A stretch of 19,213 nt of DNA, taken from assembly GCA_040400605.1 (NCBI GenBank), contig JBBAPZ010000011.1:6792-26004 (forward strand), read 5' to 3'. Positions 7,290-15,449 of this stretch are shown piece after piece; the first letter of the stretch is position 1, and each line of letters begins with the position of its first letter. The position numbers were made by a program, and so were the translations under genes. Origin of the DNA: Candidatus Sericytochromatia bacterium. GTDB taxonomy: Bacteria > Cyanobacteriota > Sericytochromatia > S15B-MN24 > JAQBPE01. The notes beneath the pieces were generated by a model. That model was given only the letters and a program-made list of their open reading frames with translations. It had not been told where the DNA came from and ran no database searches.

Positions 7290-9910
7290 TCAACCGACGG
7301 GATCAATACTTCGGCATGCTTGATCACATCCTTGATCATATCCGCCGTATCCGAACAGCCGATGATGATTAAATCGCCTGCCCGACCCTGTTCAATGGCC
7401 CGCGTGATCGCCGTTGGCTCATCCAGTATCAACTCGCAAACGACGCCCTCCCGCAAGGTCTCTTGCACCCCTTCCATAATCAAGGCTGGTGCCTCGCCCA
7501 ACGGACGCCCGCGCAAGTCTGTCATCTGTCTGACAATCACATGATCAAAACCCGCGCCACAGATACGACCAATCTCACGCAACTTCTCATCATAGCGATC
7601 GCCCGGCGCCGTCACAACCCCGACCAAGCGCTTGTGATTTAACTGACGCGCCGTCTCGATAATGTTCCGATACGACTCGGCATTGTGCGCGTAATCGAGC
7701 ATCACATGAAAGTCCCGGATGCGAAACAGATTCATGCGCCCTGGATTTTGGTCCACCGAAGACGTGAACGTCGCCAAACCTGCAACAATCGCCTCTTGAG
7801 AATAGCCCCCCGCCCAAAGCGCACCGACAGCTGCCAACGCATTCGCCACATTGAAACGTGCCCGCCCCTTGAGCGTAAAAGGAATCCGCTCCACCTCAAC
7901 CAACGGGATGCGATGCTCACCGTGTGCCAACATAATCATGTTCCGCCGCAAAAACACTCCCCGACCACCGCCGTCCAAGTGCTCCTCCAAGCGCCGATTC
8001 AGTGGATCCAAAGCAAAAAAGATGACCTCAGCGGACGCTTGCTTTTGCTTGACCATCGCAGAGACCAGTTCGTCTTCCGCGTTCAGCACCACAGCAGTGC
8101 GCGCCGTACGCGCAATCAACGACTTCACACGCGCGAGATCAGCCAACGTCTCTGCCCCGTGCTGACCCAGGTGATCATCGTGAATGTTGAGCACCACCCC
8201 AATATCAGCCTGATCGAACGCCAAGCCCCGCTTGAACATCCCACCGCGCGCCACTTCCAATACCGCCGCCTCCACGGTCGGACTCGTCAACACGGTCCGC
8301 GCCGACCAATAACCCGTACAATCCCCGGATTGTATCAGGCGTTGGTTGACGTAAATCCCCTCCGTGGTCGTCACCCCGGTCACCATCCCCGTGTTTTGAA
8401 TGATATGACCAATCAGCAACGTGGTGGTCGTCTTGCCATTCGTCCCCGTCACGGCGATCAGGGGAATCCGCGAAGGCGTCCCCGGCGGAAAGAGCGAACG
8501 CACAATCGCCGCCCCAACGTCGTGTGGCTTGCCCTTCGCCGGATGCTGATGCATCCGTATCCCCGGCGCCGCATTTACCTCAATGATCGCGCCCCGTTGC
8601 GCTTCAAGGGGTACAGCAATGTTCGCGCAGACCACATCAATGCCTGCGACATCCAATCCCACCTTCTGGGCAGCTCGCACACACGCCAACACGTTGCGGG
8701 GATGTATCTGATCCGTTACATCCTCAGCCACCCCACCCGTCGACAAATTGGCATTCTCCTTGAGCACCACCATCACGCCGGCAGCGGGCACAGAATCAAA
8801 CTGCAAGCACTGACGGGCCAACACCTGCCTGGCACCTTCATCCAGCTTGATGCGCGTCATCGGCTTCAAATGACCGCTGCCGCGCATCGGGTTCTCATTT
8901 TCAAGCGCCACCAATTCAGTCACCGTCCGCTCACCATCACCATAAACGTGCGCAGGCAAGCGACGCGCCACCGCGATAACTTGATCCCCCACCACGAGCA
9001 CACGGTAATCTTGCCCCTCAATGAACTGCTCGACCAGCACGCTGCGCCGATACGACGCAGCCAGCGCATACGCCGCCCGAATCTGTTCAGGGTCCGTCAA
9101 ATTCAAGCTGACACCCTTGCCTTGATTCCCATCAAAAGGCTTTAGCGCCACCGGTCCACGCAACCGCCTGGCAGCCGCCACCGCCGCATCAGCTGAACGA
9201 ACAACCTCCCCTTTGGGAACAGGCAATCCCGACTCATCCAACAAACGCTTCGTCAATTCCTTGTCCGACGCAATCCCAACCGCCACATGACTCGTGTTAC
9301 TCGTCATCGTCGCCTGAATGCGCTTTTGATACTTGCCCCAGCCCAGTTGAAACAAACTGGCCTCATCCGTCACACGAAACAATGGAATCTCGCGCCGCTC
9401 CGCCGCTTCAACAATCGCGAGCGTTGAAGGTCCCAGCGCGTGGCGTTGGGCCCACTCACGCAAGTTTGCAAGATCTTCCGTAATGTCAATCGTCTCCCCC
9501 CGAGCCAATGTCTCAACGATTCGAATTGCCACCGGCAAGGCTTCCAAAACTACCTTTTCAATTTTGTACGAACAGACGATGGTATACTGGCGCTCCCGAT
9601 TGGGCACTTTACGCGCCTTGCCAAAACCAACCTCCGTGCCCGCCATACACTGCAACTCGATCAAGACATGCTCCGTGATGTGCGCAGGGTAGGTTCCCTC
9701 GCGCAAGCGCTCCACAAAGCCCCCTCGACGCCCCGTCGAACAGCGATGCGCCATCAGGCCGGGAAGCAACGTTACCAAACGATCGACAAAGTGCTCAAAA
9801 CTGTTCGAGGGACGATCGTCAAGATCCTCCAAATCCAATACAGCCATAAAACACGGCCTGTCGGAATGAACGTTGGGACCCCGCAAAATCCGCTTTTCCA
9901 ATACCTTCAT
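7286..9910 (-). CDS. cphA: Cyanophycin synthetase (CphA1 type)
   Basis: N-terminal LRGPN and Cx19HxxEH motifs. ATP-grasp motifs KPFDGNQGKG and EVNAAPGIRMH. Mur-ligase GTNGKTTT and DYAHN. ATG 9910 overlaps the cphB stop. Confidence 0.96.
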   Translation of the reverse strand: MKVLEKRILRGPNVHSDRPCFMAVLDLEDLDDRPSNSFEHFVDRLVTLLPGLMAHRCSTGRRGGFVERLREGTYPAHITEHVLIELQCMAGTEVGFGKARKVPNRERQYTIVCSYKIEKVVLEALPVAIRIVETLARGETIDITEDLANLREWAQRHALGPSTLAIVEAAERREIPLFRVTDEASLFQLGWGKYQKRIQATMTSNTSHVAVGIASDKELTKRLLDESGLPVPKGEVVRSADAAVAAARRLRGPVALKPFDGNQGKGVSLNLTDPEQIRAAYALAASYRRSVLVEQFIEGQDYRVLVVGDQVIAVARRLPAHVYGDGERTVTELVALENENPMRGSGHLKPMTRIKLDEGARQVLARQCLQFDSVPAAGVMVVLKENANLSTGGVAEDVTDQIHPRNVLACVRAAQKVGLDVAGIDVVCANIAVPLEAQRGAIIEVNAAPGIRMHQHPAKGKPHDVGAAIVRSLFPPGTPSRIPLIAVTGTNGKTTTTLLIGHIIQNTGMVTGVTTTEGIYVNQRLIQSGDCTGYWSARTVLTSPTVEAAVLEVARGGMFKRGLAFDQADIGVVLNIHDDHLGQHGAETLADLARVKSLIARTARTAVVLNAEDELVSAMVKQKQASAEVIFFALDPLNRRLEEHLDGGGRGVFLRRNMIMLAHGEHRIPLVEVERIPFTLKGRARFNVANALAAVGALWAGGYSQEAIVAGLATFTSSVDQNPGRMNLFRIRDFHVMLDYAHNAESYRNIIETARQLNHKRLVGVVTAPGDRYDEKLREIGRICGAGFDHVIVRQMTDLRGRPLGEAPALIMEGVQETLREGVVCELILDEPTAITRAIEQGRAGDLIIIGCSDTADMIKDVIKHAEVLIPSVE

Positions 9911-10818
9911 GTCGCCTCGGCTTCTTCCTTTATCCATTCGCCCAAATCACCGCTGAAGCGAGACGACGTTGTCTCAATATCCGCACCCGCCAAGGGGCTC
10001 GCCACCGCACCCACCATCGACCGGGGCAACCGCGTTTCGATATGAAAGCGATAACCGGCCGGAAGCAAGTGAAACTGAATGTCGGTCATCGCCAAAATTT
10101 CGCCCCGGCGCGCCTCATTGACATTGCTGAAAGACATGCCCCGTGCATCCACAATCGTCACCGCACCGCGCCCAATCACCGACAAATCCGTGTGCGGGTC
10201 AACCACAATCGCCGTGTCCTCGTCAATCCCGACACCCAGCAAAAACGGGTTTTGCGCAACAATCGACAACAGACGCCCCAGCCGATGCCGTTGCGAAAAA
10301 TGCTGGTCGATGATCACCCGATTCAACAAACCCAGCCCAGGCACCAGATTCAACATCCCCTTTTTGGGATGAACACCGCTGCGTCCGGAGGCCACCATAT
10401 GCTCCGAGATGGCCGATGCACCTGCACTTGTGCCAGCCACGCACGCACCACGCTTCTTGAATGCCCGGTGCATGGCCTTGCCCACTTCCGAACCACCCAA
10501 AATGCTCGCCAGGCGGGACTGGTCACCCCCGGTCATGAAAATGCCGCTCGCATTCAGGACAATTTCCGCGAGCCGCGGATCATTCGCATCCAACCGGTCA
10601 TGAATGTGCAAGACCGTTACCCGCGACGCACCCAAGTCCCGAAATGCCTTGTCATAGACCACTTCGACCTCAGGTCCCAAACTGCTCGCCGTGGTCAACA
10701 CAACAATATGCGCAGAACCGCCCCCTGACAATTCCACCACTTTGGCAAGAATTTTCTTGTCACCACGGCGATCCTCGGCCCCGCCAATGATCACCAAATG
10801 TCCTTTTTGAATCTGCAA
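9907..10818 (-). CDS. cphB: Cyanophycinase (peptidase S51)
   Basis: Motifs IIGGAED, TGGDQ, GTSAGA (catalytic Ser), IDQHF and GIDEDTA. Start uncertain: TTG 10818 with AGGGGG upstream is preferred over the track start 11019. Confidence 0.93.
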   Translation of the reverse strand: MQIQKGHLVIIGGAEDRRGDKKILAKVVELSGGGSAHIVVLTTASSLGPEVEVVYDKAFRDLGASRVTVLHIHDRLDANDPRLAEIVLNASGIFMTGGDQSRLASILGGSEVGKAMHRAFKKRGACVAGTSAGASAISEHMVASGRSGVHPKKGMLNLVPGLGLLNRVIIDQHFSQRHRLGRLLSIVAQNPFLLGVGIDEDTAIVVDPHTDLSVIGRGAVTIVDARGMSFSNVNEARRGEILAMTDIQFHLLPAGYRFHIETRLPRSMVGAVASPLAGADIETTSSRFSGDLGEWIKEEAEAT

Positions 10819-11031
10819 AGCGGGCCCCCTGCCAGTCTGACATCCGAGCTCATACCCCAAATCGCTCTCGCCATAACCCCGTTTCACCGAGAAACCATCT
10901 GATTGACCAATTACAGGTCTTTGCCTGCTGATGGGTACCCCCCTGATGACGCATTGCGGAAAACGTGGCGATGGGCTGGTTTCCAGGACGTTGACATCGC
11001 TAAGGAGGCTGTCACTCACCCTGGGTGTCCA

Positions 11032-12708
11032 CTACGGTTCAAGGGGCACCGGGGGCAGCTTCATCAGTGCGAGCCAAGCCAATGCCAAACCTGCCAGAAT
11101 CCAACAGGCGATTGCCACCTGTGTCGCCCCAAATCCCCACCACAAGATGCCACCGAGCCACAACACACCTGCGATCGCGCCCCACGGCAAGCCCGCCCGG
11201 GCGGGCCGACCGGGCATCGAATTATGTCCTAAAAACGGGTGGCCGCTGCCACGCTCAAGCACCTTCAATGCGGCATCCAGCCGAGCGGGTAACCGCAGCA
11301 AATCCTGCCGCAACTCCTGCGTCCAGGTACCCACCTCCCGCGTGACAGACAGGTGCTCAGCCGCCGCGACAGCGACTTCATCCAGAAACTTGCCGTCCGG
11401 GTCCAACATCCGGCAAACACCAAACTGCGTCGATGCGCCGCGCCCCAAAAAGGCGATATCGGAGGGAAACTGAAACGCCGCGCTGTAAACCAAAGCCCGT
11501 AGATCCTGAACGACCTCAAGGAACTGTTCAGGCTTCAATGTGAAAATCTCGCCTTGAAGCTGTTTATCGAACAGCCAGGCGATGGTGCGGCTCAAAGCGG
11601 CGCGATCAGCACCCGGCCGCAAAACCGCCAGTTCATCAAGCCCCATCACGATGGCGTCCGGGTCCTTGCCCACAACGCCCACACCCACCCGCTTCAGTGC
11701 GCGTCGTTGCCGGGGCGTCAACTGTCCGACCATCCCGAAATCGATCAAGACCAGCTTGACGCCCGCGTCACCCGGCACCACCAAAATGTTGCCTGGATGC
11801 GGATCAGCATGAAAGAAACCGTCCACCAACACCTGACGCGATAACGCATGTACCAGCAATTTGGCCACATCGATTGGATCAACTCCCGCTTCCACCAACG
11901 CCTGCCGATCCTTCACCGAAATGCCAGGAAAATAAGACAAGGTCAACACACGCTGCCGAGTGTAAGACTCATGCACATGCGGCACCACAATACGAGGATG
12001 GCCGCCTGCTTCCGGATTGAACATCGCTGCGAACCGCTGGGTGTGACGCGCCTCTTCGCGCAAATCAAGCTCCCTGAGCAGAATATGGCAAGATTCAAAA
12101 AAGACCCCCGCCAAATCAAACGCCTTGGCCCATTCAGTCCATCGCAGCAGGCGCCGCACCACCTGACGGAAGCCTTCGAGATCAGCCCGGATCAAATCAT
12201 CAACGCCCGGTCGAAGCACCTTCACCACAACTTCGGCACCATCCGGTAAGGTGGCCCGATGCACCTGGCCCAAAGAGGCGGCGGCGAGCGGCACCGGATC
12301 AAACGTGGCGAAAACACGCTCCAGGCGATCGCCAAACTCAGCCTCAATCACCCCACGCACCGCTTCGAACGGAACCGGCGGCACCTCGTCTTGCAACGAA
12401 CTCAAAGCGGAAGTGAACGCAACCGGAAACAAATCACCCCGGGTACTGAGCAACTGCCCACCCTTGATCAACAAACCACCCAACGCCAACGCAGCCGCCC
12501 GATAACACTCACCCAACCCACGCCACATTTTCAAGCGAATGGCCTCCCGCGCCGCAGGCTCATCGCAAAAACGCAAACGCACGCGCTCCGTCCACAACCA
12601 GCGCACAGCCATCCGATAGAAAAGACGCAAGATGGCCGACACCCGCTTGCGGGCCAAACGCCGGCGCGCACGGGCAATCTGTAACTCGGACTGGGTCAGT
12701 TCACTCAT
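11032..12708 (-). CDS. ABC1/AarF/UbiB family atypical kinase with C-terminal membrane helices
   Basis: Motifs IKGGQLLSTR, LQD, AAASLGQVH, VKV, HADPHPGN and IDFGMVG; hydrophobic C-terminus. Start re-placed at ATG 12708 (track start 12828). Confidence 0.92.
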   Translation of the reverse strand: MSELTQSELQIARARRRLARKRVSAILRLFYRMAVRWLWTERVRLRFCDEPAAREAIRLKMWRGLGECYRAAALALGGLLIKGGQLLSTRGDLFPVAFTSALSSLQDEVPPVPFEAVRGVIEAEFGDRLERVFATFDPVPLAAASLGQVHRATLPDGAEVVVKVLRPGVDDLIRADLEGFRQVVRRLLRWTEWAKAFDLAGVFFESCHILLRELDLREEARHTQRFAAMFNPEAGGHPRIVVPHVHESYTRQRVLTLSYFPGISVKDRQALVEAGVDPIDVAKLLVHALSRQVLVDGFFHADPHPGNILVVPGDAGVKLVLIDFGMVGQLTPRQRRALKRVGVGVVGKDPDAIVMGLDELAVLRPGADRAALSRTIAWLFDKQLQGEIFTLKPEQFLEVVQDLRALVYSAAFQFPSDIAFLGRGASTQFGVCRMLDPDGKFLDEVAVAAAEHLSVTREVGTWTQELRQDLLRLPARLDAALKVLERGSGHPFLGHNSMPGRPARAGLPWGAIAGVLWLGGILWWGFGATQVAIACWILAGLALAWLALMKLPPVPLEP

Positions 12709-12716
12709 GGTTTGTG

Positions 12717-12725
12717 ATCTTAACA
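12717..12725 (-). promoter_or_regulatory. Extended -10 element (TG-T-TAAGAT) for the ABC1 kinase gene
   Basis: Sits 8 nt before ATG 12708 with no SD. Confidence 0.35.
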
Positions 12726-12924
12726 CGCCCGTTCGACACCCCGTAAAAACGAAAGGGGCTTGAGACACCGTTTTGATGGGTGCAGCAGCATCATTCCCAG
12801 GCGAAACGAAACGGCCTGACACCATCACCCACAGGCACCACCCTCAAGGCCAACCACCTCCAAACAGACCCCTGAAGCGCGTTTTGTGACCAACCGTGTC
12901 AGAAAAAACTGGCCAAGGAGAAAC

Positions 12925-12978
12925 TTGACATAGATGTTGACATTTACCCTCTTGACAACGGCGTGGGTGTGCTATAAT
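12925..12978 (+). promoter_or_regulatory. Sigma70-type promoter of the zinc-ribbon gene
   Basis: TG-C-TATAAT at 12970-12978. TTGACA at 12952-12957 (15-nt spacer), with further TTGACA copies at 12925 and 12937. Confidence 0.7.
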
Positions 12979-13024
12979 AGCGAGCGGTGAATCGTTGTCA
13001 GGTTAATGGCCGTATCGCTCATCA

Positions 13025-13156
13025 ATCGACTAACCTTTACCAAGTGGATGCCCAAGGGGGGGAGCAGGCGGGTGCCGTGAGCCGTCTGTTTCAGGTATGT
13101 CTCATCATCAATCGGAAACAGGCTCGCGGTTGGTCGCTGACGAAAGGTTAGTCGAT
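13025..13156 (+). ncRNA. Putative structured cis-regulatory 5' leader RNA sequestering the SD and start codon
   Basis: ATCGACTAACCTTT (13025-13038) is exactly complementary to AAAGGTTAGTCGAT (13143-13156). Nested helices: ACCAA/TTGGT, CCGTGAGCC/GGCTCGCGG and TGTTTC/GAAACA. Confidence 0.6.
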
Positions 13157-13463
13157 GCTCTATACGGATCAAATCATTGCCTGCGTGGATTGCGGGACCG
13201 AGTTCACTTTTTCTGCGCGGGAACAGGAGTTCTTTGCCCAGAAGGGTTTCACCAGTTTGCCAAAACGTTGCAAGCCCTGCCGTGGTGCGCGTAAGGACCA
13301 GTCCGGTTCGCGCGGTTCTTCGGAGTACGGCGGCGGGTATGGCGCGCCCCGTGAGCGGGAAATGCACAGCGTGACGTGTGCACAGTGTGGTGTGGAAACG
13401 CAAGTTCCCTTCAAGCCACGCGGTGATCGTCCTGTTTATTGCCGGAGTTGCTTCCAGAAGTAA
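13155..13463 (+). CDS. Two-domain zinc-ribbon protein (zf-trcl/PF13451-like plus CxxC-x17-CxxC), 102 aa
   Basis: CVDC...FTFSAREQEFF...PKRCKPCR, a Gly-rich linker, then CAQCGVETQVPFKPRGDRPVYCRSCF. Confidence 0.92.
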   Translation: MLYTDQIIACVDCGTEFTFSAREQEFFAQKGFTSLPKRCKPCRGARKDQSGSRGSSEYGGGYGAPREREMHSVTCAQCGVETQVPFKPRGDRPVYCRSCFQK

Positions 13464-13486
13464 GCCTTCAATTTAATAGATGCGTG

Positions 13487-13514
13487 GAGCCTGTCTGAAA
13501 AGACAGGCTTTCTC
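13487..13514 (+). terminator. Intrinsic terminator after the zinc-ribbon gene
   Basis: AGCCTGTCT-GAAA-AGACAGGCT followed by TTCTC: 9-10 bp stem, GNRA loop, short U tract. Confidence 0.7.
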
Positions 13515-13544
13515 ATTGCAATGGTGCGCACGATCGTGTGGACT

Positions 13545-13553
13545 TGGTACAAT
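13545..13553 (+). promoter_or_regulatory. Extended -10 element (TG-G-TACAAT) for the yitJ-like gene
   Basis: Sits 7 nt before ATG 13561 with no SD, just downstream of the terminator. Confidence 0.5.
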
Positions 13554-13560
13554 GGCTGGC

Positions 13561-15405
13561 ATGATGCGAGACGCGCGAGATTTTTTGTTGTCGGGAGATC
13601 GGGTTCGCCTTTTTGATGGGGCGATGGGGACGATGCTCTACAATCGGGGCATTTACATCAATCAATGCTTTGATGAGATTACCTTGAAGTCGCCGGAGTT
13701 GATACGTGAGGTTCATGCAGCGTATTTCCGGGCGGGTGCTGAGATCATTGAGACCAACACTTTCGGTGCCAGTCGCTACAAGTTGGCGGCGTACGGCCTT
13801 GAGAGACAGGTTCGGATGCTGAATGAGCGAGCGGCCAGGTTGGCCCGCGAGGTTGTGGGGGACAAAGGTTGGGTGGCGGGGGCCATTGGGCCGTTGGGGA
13901 TTCGTTTGGAGCCTTATGGGCCGACGTCATTGGAAGAGGCGCAAGCGGCTTTTCGTGAGGCTGCGGAGGGTCTGCTTGAGGGTGGCGCCGATCTCATTTT
14001 GCTTGAAACGTTTTCGGATCTTGCGGAGATACTGCAGGCGGTGATTGCCATCAAGTCGATCACCGACAAGCCCATCGTCGCTCAAATGACCATTGGTGAA
14101 GAGGGGACGACGGCTTACGGCACGGATGTGCAGCATCTGACGCGTGCGTTGGAAAAAAGTGGTGCGGATGTAATTGGTTTGAACTGCAGTGTTGGTCCGG
14201 CGACCATGCTCGGGGCGATCGAGGTGATGGCTGACACAACAGCGCTCAAACTGTCGGCGCAACCCAATGCAGGGTTGCCCCGCGAGGTGGCGGGCAGGCA
14301 AATCTATATGGCGTCCCCGGACTACATGGCCAAGCACGCCAAGCGCTTGATTGCGGCGGGTGCGCGGATACTGGGCGGATGCTGTGGCACCACGCCGGAA
14401 CATATCCGTTTGATGGGGGACGCCATTCGTGCGCAATCTCCAGGACGTTTGCAGTTCAGTTTCGCGCAGGCGGCTGAGGGCATTGAACCGATGACGGAGA
14501 CGCCTTTGGCGGAGCGCTCCGCTTTCGCGGCCAAATTGTCGCGTGGTGAGTTTGTGACATCAGTGGAGTTGGTGCCGCCGAAGGGGAGCGATGCCGATCA
14601 GTTGATATCGGCGGTGCGTGTTTTGAAGGCAGCCGGGGTGGATGCGGTGAATGTGCCGGATGGTCCGCGTGCACAGAGTCGGATGAGTGCGATGGCTGCC
14701 TCGCTGTTGCTTGAGCGTGAAGGCATTGAGGCTGTGGTGCATTATTGTTGTCGCGATCGCAACTTGCTCGGTATGCAAAGCGATCTGTTGGGTGCCGGGG
14801 CTTTGGGCATTCGCAATTTGTTGTTGATTACGGGCGATCCTCCGAAAATGGGGCCTTACCCGCAAGCCACGGCAGTGTTTGACATTGATTCGATTGGTTT
14901 GACCAATTTGGTAAAACGCCTGAACCAAGGACTTGATCTCGGAGGGAACCCGGTGGGTTCCAAGACCTCATTTTTGATTGGTGTCGGGGTTAATCCAGGC
15001 GCATTGGATTTGGAACACGAACTCAAGCGTTTTCGCTGGAAAGTTGAGGCAGGCGCGCAGTATGCGATCACGCAGCCGGTCTTTGATCCAGAGCAGTTAA
15101 AAACCTTTTTGCGTGCCACCAAAGATCTGGCCATTCCGATCATTGCTGGAATCTGGCCACTCACCAGTTATCGGAACGCCGAATTCATGAACAACGAAGT
15201 GCCAGGCGTTGTCGTTCCGGAAAGCGTCATGGAGCGCATGCGCCGAGCAGTGAACGCTGAAGCCGCGCGAGCCGAGGGCATCATGATCGCGCGGGAGATG
15301 CTGGAGGACGTTCGCGCCGAAATTCGCGGCGTGCAGGTTTCCGCACCATTTGGCCGGGTTGAATTCGCGCTGGAAGTGCTGGCATCGTCCACCGTGTGTC
15401 GCTAA
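13561..15405 (+). CDS. yitJ: Bifunctional homocysteine S-methyltransferase / 5,10-methylenetetrahydrofolate reductase
   Basis: N-terminal half has FDGAMGT, ETNTFGA, GLNC, PNAGLP and GGCCGTTPEHI. MTHFR half has ELVPPKG, HYCCRDRN, ITGDPP and ITQPVFD. The track start 13480 would run through the terminator, so it was moved. Confidence 0.93.
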   Translation: MMRDARDFLLSGDRVRLFDGAMGTMLYNRGIYINQCFDEITLKSPELIREVHAAYFRAGAEIIETNTFGASRYKLAAYGLERQVRMLNERAARLAREVVGDKGWVAGAIGPLGIRLEPYGPTSLEEAQAAFREAAEGLLEGGADLILLETFSDLAEILQAVIAIKSITDKPIVAQMTIGEEGTTAYGTDVQHLTRALEKSGADVIGLNCSVGPATMLGAIEVMADTTALKLSAQPNAGLPREVAGRQIYMASPDYMAKHAKRLIAAGARILGGCCGTTPEHIRLMGDAIRAQSPGRLQFSFAQAAEGIEPMTETPLAERSAFAAKLSRGEFVTSVELVPPKGSDADQLISAVRVLKAAGVDAVNVPDGPRAQSRMSAMAASLLLEREGIEAVVHYCCRDRNLLGMQSDLLGAGALGIRNLLLITGDPPKMGPYPQATAVFDIDSIGLTNLVKRLNQGLDLGGNPVGSKTSFLIGVGVNPGALDLEHELKRFRWKVEAGAQYAITQPVFDPEQLKTFLRATKDLAIPIIAGIWPLTSYRNAEFMNNEVPGVVVPESVMERMRRAVNAEAARAEGIMIAREMLEDVRAEIRGVQVSAPFGRVEFALEVLASSTVCR

Positions 15406-15449
15406 CGATTTTGCGTCGCGCAAGACTGGGTGCATGGTTGCCCATCAGA

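Noticed and set aside
7685..9145. 486-aa plus-strand ORF, and other long antisense ORFs (10042-10728, 16560-17231, 18255-18773)
   Set aside because: They are shadow frames opposite cphA, cphB and gyrB, with His/Arg/Gln-biased sequence and no recognisable motifs.
10819..11019. N-terminal extension of CphB as an extra domain
   Set aside because: Family similarity starts at KGHLVIIGG and a TTG with an SD-like AGGGGG lies just before it. Probably intergenic, though not excluded.
12972..13403. 143-aa minus-strand ORF
   Set aside because: It is antisense to the well-supported zinc-ribbon gene and its leader.
13464..13560. SAM riboswitch upstream of the yitJ-like gene
   Set aside because: No SAM-I core (AUCxAGAG...GCAACC...GUGC) is present; the space holds a terminator and a -10 element.
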